From Octopus vulgaris (Eukaryota): a stretch of DNA of 64,000 nucleotides. How positions within the stretch are numbered: position 1 is the stretch's first letter; the number at the start of each line of letters is the position of its first letter. Of the stretch, positions 53,499 to 64,000 are shown piece by piece. The DNA lies in contig OX597831.1 in assembly GCA_951406725.2 (NCBI GenBank), forward strand, positions 57,412,001 through 57,476,000. Reading direction: 5' to 3'. The position numbers and the translations under genes were made by a program. The notes under the pieces are model-generated. The model worked only from the letters and a program-made list of their open reading frames with translations. It did not search any database and had not been told where the DNA came from.

Positions 53499-54900
53499 CA
53501 CACTTATATATACATATATTTAGGTGTGCAGAGATACCCGGCGTTGCCCGGTTACATTCAATTGAGGAATTAGACTTTTCTGTTATATTTTCTGAATGAA
53601 CTGGAATATCTATGTTTCGAATTTCATCAAAATTGCAGATGAGGGTTATTTCCCTCTTTACACACCCTAAAAAAATTGTGCCACATGGAAACCAAAAGAC
53701 GAATGATCACAATAAGCAGTCAGTTACCCTACCCTAGTCGTTAGCACTCCCAATGTAGGCTTTCTCACCATCCAGGTGACAGGCACAGCCGTAAGATGCA
53801 TTACGAATCTATAGCAATTGGAAGGCCGTGACCCAACTGAAATCAACATTAACAACTGTGTGACGTGAGGGCTTATGAGAAATTAAAGTGTCACCTCTGG
53901 AGTTTGCAAATGACCACTATACTGATACGTAACTGGACAGAATGAATTTAAAATCTATAAATGTCTTTGAATAACCAGTCACTCATCTGGGAAGGCCTTG
54001 TAATCAATGTTACCATCTGGGGATTATGTGTGACCGAGTGATAATAAAAAGACTGAAAGGAGGTCTGCAATGAAATAACTTTACTCAACACTTTGCAGCT
54101 GAATCAGTGGAAACAAAGATGCCTCTCATTTACTTAACAATTTATGCACCACATTGCAGAAATCACAATGTAAGTGTATGTCAAAGCGAACTGTTACATT
54201 TTTGTACCATTGAATTAGAAATAATGCCCAACTTTTATGCTCGGGTAACCCTACAGCTTTCAAGAGCACAACTGTATTCGTTTTTGCTTAGATAAAATGA
54301 GAAAATTGTGGGTGTTAAGTCCCCATGGAGGGGTCTTTCTAACTTTGTAAGAAGATGAAATTTTATAAATATTACTTCATTTGTGTCTAATATCTATGGT
54401 TAAATTTTCATCAACAGCAAAAAATATATGAATTGTCATGGGGGTTATGGCCCTTATGCTTAGAATATAATTTCCAAATTTCATAAAGATCCATTCAGTA
54501 CTAGTTTTGGATCATAAAAGAAATGACTAAAATTTGGGAGTTAAGGCTCCCATTAGGGTGTTATATACATATATATATATATATATATCAAAATAAGCAA
54601 CAAGAATGACTCCAGTAATTACTGCTATTTAGCAGTAATTGGCATTTTGTTAGTGGCATCTTGAATTCCTTTTATGGTATTCTGAAACCTCCCTTACCCC
54701 ATTCCTACAATTAAAAATTCTTTATCACTTCTATTCTTATAGCAGTCAGATACAGCTATAGCGTGATCAGTCAGTGGTTGGACTTCACTACCTCATATGT
54801 TCTTAAAATTTTAATCTACATCTTTGTCTGTATATCTACCTTCTCTAATAATGTTGCTACTTGATTTGAAAGCTTTTATATTAATGGAAAACCTATTTTA

Positions 54901-54986
54901 TTGGCTGATGAGCACTCAGCATCTTAAATCTGCTGTAATACTTACAACATTTAATAAAATGATGTAGTGCGAAACAATTGTACCAA
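54901..54986 (+). ncRNA. Type I hammerhead ribozyme
   Basis: UUGG-CUGAUGA-GCACU...AGUGC-GAAA-CAAUUG-UA-CCAA: full core and three stems, palindromic stem III. Confidence 0.8.
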
Positions 54987-55106
54987 ATTACCGGAGTCAT
55001 TCTTGTTGGTTATTTTTTATTACAATCACCCCGCAAAATTCTGGTGCATCTAAATTAAGTATCATATTCATTTGAATCTAGTAATTAAATGCTGAACTTA
55101 TATATA

Positions 55107-55236
<130 letters not shown>

Positions 55237-55500
55237 TATATATATATATATATAGATATATATATATAGATATAGATATAAATACACACACACACACAAA
55301 GATAAATTGATAGATACAACTGAGTGGGCAAACAAAAATATGAGACACAGCCTAGTGCTTTTTTATGTTGATAAGCCTAGTACTTATTCTATTAGTTTGT
55401 TCTTGTGAAACCAGTGAGTTTTGTGGATGTAAATAAATGAACAGCAGTTGTGAAGCAGTGATGAGGGCGAAACACAGACACAAAGACACACACATACACT

Positions 55501-55541
<41 letters not shown>

Positions 55542-56120
55542 GATTGATTTGTTTCAGTTCCTGTCTACGAAATCCATATATATTGTTGTTGGCATCCTTT
55601 TTGTCTCGGGAGACAATGGAGTTGCGCATAAAACAATCTAGTCCGGTTTTTACATTTCATGTCCTAATACATCTCCTGCTGTGGGTGTGTAGTCCTATCC
55701 TGGACAAGCACTCCCTCTGGCAGGTGCCGCAAATGTAGCGAAGACTTTGCCTGGCTGGACAGAACTGATTGGATGACTTGATATATATGATCTATGATAT
55801 TCTAGTAGGTTTCAAGTTTATAACACCTTCATATCTCATGTTATCTCATTTTATATGCCTAAGACGTTTATTTTCTATTCTGGTTTTTATATATTTCTAT
55901 ACATTACATTTGTATCTATAATTTATTTTAAGCCGAAACATAATACGATCCTTGTACAAACGAAAGAACAAGAATGTCCTCTGGAACTTTTATCTTTCAC
56001 CGGTGTTTGTAATCGATGGTGACATGTGCGATGATTTTGCGACTATCTTATATTTTACAGAGAAATTGGAAGCCCCGAATGTAAGCCACCACTTTATGCA
56101 TAATACAAATAAAAATATAC

Positions 56121-56197
<77 letters not shown>

Positions 56198-56289
56198 TAA
56201 ATTAGAGACAAAACCACTATTAGGGAAATCAAACAATGAAAAACTTAAGCCAATACATATGATTAATTTATATTATTTAAATATATAAC

Positions 56290-56367
<78 letters not shown>

Positions 56368-56399
56368 CTAGTCGCCATGATAGATCGTTAGCCACTACA

Positions 56400-56553
56400 T
56401 ACATTTTTTCTCTCCTTGTTTTTTCTGTGTCCCTTTCTGTAGAAGAGCGTAGGTTCGAAACGTAAAAGATTTTTATATTCCTGAGCGTTGTACTAATACA
56501 TCTGTTTGTTATGTACACCCCCTGTCTTCGTCTTTTGGTTTTTCGTAAACTCT

Positions 56554-56557
<4 letters not shown>
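56400..56557 (+). mobile_element. PLE-type terminal-repeat fragment with variant hammerhead motif
   Basis: CUUU-CUGUAGA-A-GAGC-GUAG-GUUC-GAAA-CG-UA-AAAG at 56433-56468. Confidence 0.65.
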
Positions 56558-56619
<62 letters not shown>

Positions 56620-58628
56620 TAGCAGTATAACCCGATTATTAAGTTACGATTATTAAGTTAATCAAGTTCTTTATTTCAAACCAAACTAAGTAATATCGAC
56701 GTCAAATTTGGGCAAAATCCGTTGAAATTGGTTATATTATATATATATTATATATATATCATATAATATAAATATATATGGGCAACAGACACGAACACAA
56801 ATGTACGTACGTACACCTATTGCATGTTTTGTGCATGCATACATGTTCATAAACAGAAATGAATGGAAAAATGTTGTTAAATTTGTAGATTAACACTCGC
56901 ACGATTTTCACTAAAAAAATAATCGGTTTTTTTTTTTTTGTTGCGTGGAATCAACTACTCTGGCCTCTTAATATGCTACAAAACCCTTTTTGTGGTCCGT
57001 GAAAAGGAGTGTGTGTGGTGGAAATTGTACCCATTTATAGTTTTTCAAAAATTTTGGGCGAAAATTTTCAAAAATTTTTGAGACAATATGATGTCTTGAC
57101 TATATTGTGTGTGTCCTTTTAATTAATTTTTTTTTAACTAAACATTTTCAAACTTCCGTTACTGGTAGAATGTGTCACATAGAACAGGGTTTACTCTTAA
57201 AGTTTTGGATAAAATTTTGTAGTTTTGAAGTTGCTTCGTCTGTGACAATGGACAAATTCGTATTTGATAAGTGCCAATACACGAAACTCTCAGTTTTTGA
57301 CTTACTCTCTAACTTCCGATGAACATATTACATAAATGTGTAAAAAAAATCTTATCACGCAATCGAACCAATGAAAGCGCCTCTACCTGGTCGCTCCACA
57401 CGTTAAAAATAGCAGCCAAAGTAGCCCCCTACCTAAATCACACGCCCATTGTATGTAATGTCCTAGATTATCCCTAAAAAGACGGTTTGCTGAAGGCTGG
57501 AATGTCTTTGATGATACGTTTTCAGTATCAGGGTTGATTTGAGGCTAAATAACAACATTATAGTCAATTTCTATATAAACACCCGCACGATTTTCACTAA
57601 GAAAAAAAAAAGATTTTTTGCATGGAATCAAGACCTTGACCTCCTAATGTGCTGCAAATCCCTTATTTTGGTTCGGAAAAAATTAGGTGGGGTTTACCCT
57701 CCCAATCCCGGAATCGATGGAAATGTTTTTTCGTTGAATGAGTTCCTGTGACCTCCTAATATTGCAAAATTAGGTTACTTAAGGTGAGCCTGGTAACTGA
57801 TCATTTTGGGATCTTGTTGTTTGTAATTTTTGGTGATCCATGGTGCAACGAACAACATGGTAAAAATCCCTGCCATAAATTTGGTGTAGATGGGTAATAT
57901 CAAATAATTCAATCACAACATATATTTAAATTCAACTTGGATAAATTGAAATATTATTTTTCAGTATTTTATAAGGTAAAATCTTAAATTATTGACACAT
58001 TATTACTTATCTTATAACAGCAATGTCTGGAAAAATCATGGATTGCATGGAAAAATGCAAGCATGAAAAATAAGATTCTTAAGATTATAAACCCGGAAAA
58101 GATCAGGACAAGTTATTACACCTGTAAGAGTATAGGACAAGCTATTACTTCAAGTAAAGAATAAGAAACTTTTTACTTAAGATATTGCTGCTAAAATTAA
58201 AATTTGAATATTAAAAATTATTTTATTATAGTTTTCAAATAACACTATACATATTTAAGTACAATTTGGCTACTTTACTACTTTAAATACAGAAAATAGT
58301 GACTAATTAGAAAAACTTGCAAATTAGCTGAACAGTTTTGCGCAATAAAAGATGAGAACTCTAAAGTGTGATAAATTAGAAGAAGTGGCATTTTTGGTGC
58401 AATATTTTAAGTAAAAAGTTTCTTATTCTTTATTTTACTTGAAGTAGTAGTTTGTCCTATACGTTTACAGGTGTCATAACTTGTCCCGTACTTTTCCAGG
58501 TTTATAATCTTAAGAATATTACTTTTCATGCTTGAATTTTCCCATGTATATATATATAAATACATGACAGTACATGAAGTTTGTTTTAAAAAAAAGGGGA
58601 TCATGTATATACCTCCTGGCTGTTGAGA

Positions 58629-60295
58629 TTATAACACCTCGTTGTAAACACCGTTCCTGGTTTTTCCTTGTGGAGCATATACAAAAAGGTTTCTTTTGGT
58701 TCCTACTCTTGAGGAGCCAACATACAGTTGCCCATGCGAGAAGCAGGGCTCTTCCAAGAGAAGACCAGCTACAAAGAGGGTTTGACCCTGAGATTTGTTA
58801 ATGGACATGGCAGAGCTGACACGAAGGGGGAATTGCAGTCTTCTGAATGTAAATGGAATTTCTGCTCCTGATGGAGTAAGAGGAATTCTTGGAATAAAGA
58901 TGTCATCACCTTTTCCACATCCAGAAAGAATGATCGCCTCGATAACGTGTGACATCATTTTCTTTATCACCAGTCGTGTTCCATTGCAAAGTCTTGGTGG
59001 TTCCAGATTGCGGAGTAGCATTACAGGAGTTCCAACTTTAAGTGCTAATATGTGTGGAGGTAGTCCAGGAGGCTCCAGTGAATTGAGAAATTCAGGAGGA
59101 TAGTTCACAACTTCATTTATATCTGGAATTGTATCAACAGACTTGTAAGTGTGTATAGTGCCGGGAAGAGAATGCATTAGCTGTTGATTAATTTTGTTAA
59201 CAGCGACGTTTTTTGGAGCTAATATTGCTCTTTCACACAGCCAATTGTGATTTTGGTAGTTTTGTGTGAAGTTGGGAAATCTTCGTTTTTGAGGTCATCT
59301 ACAGAATTAACAACAGAGGAAAATGACCACACTTCCATTTGTCCTGCAGCATCGAGAGGCATCGCCTTCACCAAGTGTCAAAATGTCCTGTGCAAACATT
59401 GTGGACATTTTGTCGCCGTGTAGCTGAGCTCTCATGTTAGTGGTGAGACTGAGGATTGTAACATGATGCCACAGGGTGGATGACTTTAGGCATGCTTGGA
59501 CTTTATCTGCTCTAGTGCCTTTCGGATTGACAGGAAGAGTTTGCCTGAAATCACCTGACAACAGAAGCGTTACACCTCCCATTGGAGCCTGACAGTCTCG
59601 GATATCTTTCAGGGCTCTATCTAATGCTTCCAAAGCTCCCTTGTGAGCCATAGTGTACTCATCCCAGACAATTAGATGACACATTTTAAGTACTTGTCCC
59701 TGATCTGAGCTTTTGTTGATGTTGCATGAAAGCATTTCGGATGCTGCTAAATTGAGAGGGAGTTTAAAAGTTGAGTGTGCTGTCTTGCCACCGGGTAACA
59801 AAGTAGCTGCAATGACAGAGGAGGCTACAGCTACTGCAATGTCCTGATGCTGCCTAACTTCTGCAAGGAGAAGCTTTGTAATAAATGTTTTTCCTGTCCC
59901 TCCAGGAGCATCAAGGAAGAAGATTCGTCCCTCGCGTTGGCGTACACTGTTAAGAATAGTTATGTAGGCCTGTAGCTGGTCCGGAAGTAATTTAGGCTCA
60001 TTTTCAACAATGTACTTTGAAAGCGCTTGAGTGTCGTAGGTTGTTTCACGAATGACAGCAGTGGGAAGGCTATTTGACTCTGACCTAAATGCTTGTGGCA
60101 GGCCATACGTCGACAATTCATTTCCACCTAGTTTAGCAATTCTGTCTTCAATGTCAATGAGTGTTTTGTTATAGATTTCATTGCTGATACCCTCCATGTC
60201 AGGATAGAGCAGTTGAGCTTGGCGCTGAAAGTCTTCAGGCAGGTTGTCTCTATATTTGAGCCATAGAGTAGCCGGATCACACAGTTCGCATGCCT
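58629..60295 (-). pseudogene. Helitron Pif1-family helicase domain, frameshifted; Rep domain missing
   Basis: FLDAPGGTGKTF, LIVWDE, GDFRQTLPV, LCNGTR, R.QFPL, INKSQGQT and FSHGQLYV motifs. Confidence 0.95.
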
Positions 60296-60725
60296 TTAGT
60301 AATGTATGTCTGGAAGATCCTGGAAGGAATTGTGCCAAATTTTGGCATTGTAAGCTACACCAATGCTAGAACGGGACGACACTGCATAGTGCCAAAGATC
60401 CCAGCAATGCCATCACGCTTCAGGACCAGCTCCTGCAACAGCCTGGGTTTCAAGGGCCCACAGCTTTTTAATATTCTCCCAAAGAGTCTGAGGAACTTGC
60501 ACAAAGTAGATGTAGCGGTTTTTAAATCAAAGCTGGACATCTTCCTGTCGAGAGTCCCAGATGACCCCACCTCACGGCAAGTGGTGCAAATGAGAGTAGC
60601 TATATGAAACTCCATTCTTCACCAAGTGCCACATATTAGAGGAGGTTCTTCGTAATAACAGTGTAGCACAAAACGGCGGTGCATCAGCATGGCCGCAGCT
60701 CTGAGCTGAAACAACAACAAAAAAA
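60296..60725 (+). mobile_element. CR1-group LINE 3' end
   Basis: YVWKILEG.VPN, GPQLFNILP..LRN and FKSKLD.FL..VPD.P motifs, followed by an A-rich tail. Confidence 0.85.
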
Positions 60726-60734
60726 TATATATAT

Positions 60735-60844
<110 letters not shown>

Positions 60845-60852
60845 TCTATCTA

Positions 60853-60914
<62 letters not shown>

Positions 60915-60917
<3 letters not shown>

Positions 60918-61095
60918 TGCCCACCGGATGCTCCAAATCACATAGGCAAGTTTGAAGATTGCCTCACAAAAATTAAAGAAATCCTCATGAATCTGGAACA
61001 CCACGTGACCATGTTTCTTATGGGTGATTTCAACTTCCCCAATGTCAAATGGCCCGAATGTCTCATACTCTCGGGAATGAATCACTGCAAGCAAG
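60915..61095 (+). mobile_element. LINE AP-endonuclease fragment
   Basis: Y.PPD...[11 protein letters not shown] motif. Confidence 0.7.
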
Positions 61096-61570
61096 TACAG
61101 GTGGAGTCCAAGTTATATCTTGATATCGCTAGTGATAACAATACTCAAAATATATAACAGACTAGAATCGTAGGCCCATCTCTTGCAATTTCGATCAATT
61201 GGATCTTGTCCTCCCTCCTGTATAGAAGTGTACGGCTGCAGCGAAATTCATTTTTGGACTTTCTTCTATTGAAGGCATTTTAACAAAAATGGTTCCGTAA
61301 AGACGGTGAAAATATTGTCAATTTCCCCAAACAGGGACACAATTCAAATTTAAACAATAACCAAAGCCCCTTCTCCGAAAGGGAGGGGGGACGGTTTACA
61401 ATTATTTAACAAATGCAACACAACAACGTTTCCCTGACGAGGAACCAACAATGTGACTACAATAGTCAAACAGTAATAATAATAACAACAAACCTTTTTA
61501 ATTTATCCCTATTTATGTGAAACCACTTATTCAATTTCAAGTCATTGATGCAATTTTATACGAATTGCTA

Positions 61571-61608
<38 letters not shown>

Positions 61609-62025
61609 ACACATAATAAGGGTGAAAAATTGAATATTAATTTGATTAATATGAATTAAAAACCAGTGGTGTAGCATATAAGACCATAGCGGATCTTCTA
61701 GCAAAATGGATGACCACTGTTAATGGTTCATACCTGTTATATAATACTTTCACTTTAATAGTTTCAGTATTAAAGTGAATGTCTGCATTACAATAGAGAG
61801 ATGTTTTTGTTTCACTTTTAACACGTAATACTGAAATAGTGGAGAAGATATGATATTGCTGTGGGGTCGCCCTAGGCAAAAAGTTAAAAATTTTTTTGCC
61901 GATGACACTCCTCGGACCTTAAGTAAGACATGTGTAAAATTTGAATGAAATTGGTTGTGTAGTTCTCAAGTTTTAGGGAAACAGACAGATAGACACACAT
62001 TCTCAGTTTTATATATATAGAGATA

Positions 62026-63271
62026 TCAGGTCATCCCATAAGTTCTGTCCGAGTGTACCTTTTTTAAAATTCAATGAAATTTAATAGTATTTTAGAATGT
62101 CTAATAGAATTAAAAATTAGATTTATGCATTTGTGTACATTTAAACTAATTAAATATTATTTTACAGAATAATTGAATTAAAATTTCTTTGATTAAAACC
62201 CTTTCTAACATGGAAGTATCCAAAGAGCATTTAAAGCACATAATGCTTTATGAGTACAAAAAAGGAAACTCTGCAGCCGAAGCGACTCGAAACATACACT
62301 CAGTTTATGGGACAGAATGCTTGAATGAAAGAACTTGCAGAAGATGGTTTGCAAAAGTCAGAAGTGGAGAGTTTGATGATAAGCTCTTTGAAGCACTACT
62401 TGAAGAAAATCCTGCATTATCAGTTGAAGAATTGGCAATACAGATTAGTTCAAACCATACAACAGTTCATCGTCATCTTCAACAACTTGGAAAGCTTCCT
62501 AAACTTGGAAAATGGGTGCCTCGTGAATTGTCCGAAAGCAACCGCAAATCCCGAGTTGACATCTGCTCTTCCCTCCATTCTCACGAACTCATTTCCCCCT
62601 TTTTGGATAGACTTGTGACTGGTGATGAAAAATGGATGTTTTATCGAAATGTTAAACGTCGTAAACAGTGGCTTGGTAAAAAGGAAAAAGCTCAACCACA
62701 ACCGAGAAGGGAACTTCATAGGAAAAAGGCTCTTCTCTCTATCTGGTGGGATTGCAAAAGAGTAATTAACTTTGAATTGTTACCACCTTATGCAACAATC
62801 AATGCTCAAGTCTACTGTCAGCAATTAAAGTGTTTGAACCAAGCTTTGAAGAAAAAAAGACCCCTCTTTAGTGAGTCGAAAACGAGCGATGTTTCATCAG
62901 GACAATGCGCAACCCCACACTGCAAAGATCACATCACAGAAGATCGAAGAGCTTGGTTGGGAAAAAATTCTTCATCCACCTTATTCTCCCGACCTTGCTC
63001 CTTCAAACTACCATTTGTTTCGTAGTTTACAGAATCATTTGCGGACGTAACTTTCGCAAGCCAGGAGAAGGTCGAAACTGACATTTCAGAGTTCTTCACT
63101 TTGAAACGAAAATAGTTTTACATTGATGGGATTAAAAAACTTGTAAATAGATGGAAGGAATTCATAGATAATCAGGGAAAGTACATTGATGATTAAATTT
63201 CAATTAAATATAACATTTGATCACTTGTTTCTTTATTCAAAATTCGGACTAGAATCTATAAGATGACTTGA
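62026..63271 (+). mobile_element. Near full-length mariner transposon (pseudogenised transposase ~62210-63196)
   Basis: TIRs tcaggtcatcccataagttctgtccga / tcggactagaatctataagatgacttga, TA on both sides; WVPREL, VTGDEKW, HQDNA.PH and HPPYSPDLAPSN motifs; frameshift near 62860. Confidence 0.95.
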
Positions 63272-63326
63272 TATATGCATACAAATACTTATATAGATGT
63301 ATGTATATATACATATATATACATAT

Positions 63327-63398
<72 letters not shown>

Positions 63399-64000
63399 AT
63401 TTATATATATATATATATATTTGCATTTATATATATTTGTATGTATATGTTTATATATATATGCATTTATATAAAAGACATATGCACATATATACAAACA
63501 CGCATACATACCCATATATGTACATTTAATACATATATACATATACATACATATCTGTGTGCGTATGCATTATGTCAATGTCACAACTCTGTTCGCGTTA
63601 ACTATTTTTCTTTGTTTTTTTTTTTTGTTATATTTCCTTATATCTCCTTTGTGCTTTGAAACCGTACCGATTCTAAGTTCATTAACGATTCAACACCATC
63701 TTTTGCTGAATACAGTCTTGATAATGGAGCGAACATTAATATCACGTCATTTATATAACGTACACACACACATTCACCCACACACACACAATTCACTCAC
63801 ACACAAAACAGATTTAAATCCAGCTATTGTGTATTCATACACACATTTGTGTATATCCAATCGCTGGATTTAAATTTTGTTTAGCAGTTAACTGCAGATT
63901 ACTTTCATAATTTCTTTCACGTGTGCTGGATCTATGAGTTAATTATGGGATTGTAATTTTGCTATTTATATAGCTTCCATGTTTAATCTTCTAAATTTTT

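Noticed and set aside
58629-60338. Host PIF1 gene
   Set aside because: Intronless, frameshifted, 5'-truncated by a LINE and enclosed by Helitron termini
62189-63025. SETMAR-like domesticated gene
   Set aside because: No SET domain; TIRs and TA flanks present; frameshifted, with the third catalytic D changed to N

Overview
AT-rich, microsatellite-dense eukaryotic DNA made almost entirely of transposon remnants. The tRNA-derived SINE families and repeat landscape suggest a coleoid cephalopod, probably Octopus (inference). I find no intact host protein-coding gene, and most ORF-track entries are microsatellite translations. Recognisable elements are several SINE families, RTE, R4/Dong-type and CR1-type LINE fragments, Penelope-like (PLE) remnants, four Tc1/mariner elements, a decayed hAT transposase, MITEs, a solo LTR and Helitrons (one with a Pif1 helicase). 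The best leads are: (1) two same-orientation copies of a composite Helitron (11274-16189 and ~53527-62023) that share termini and captured SINE+RTE cargo, with a broken internal terminator consistent with end-bypass; (2) up to six type I hammerhead-ribozyme motifs in PLE-type termini, the best with a perfect core (54901-54986) and three sharing an A6U variant; (3) many inverted duplications and near-loopless palindromes between 38 and 58 kb; (4) a ~100-bp target-site duplication around an RTE; (5) unique-looking islands that resemble host promoters or exons (10191-10380, ~20040, 35557-36000). Everything was read by eye; many element boundaries are approximate.
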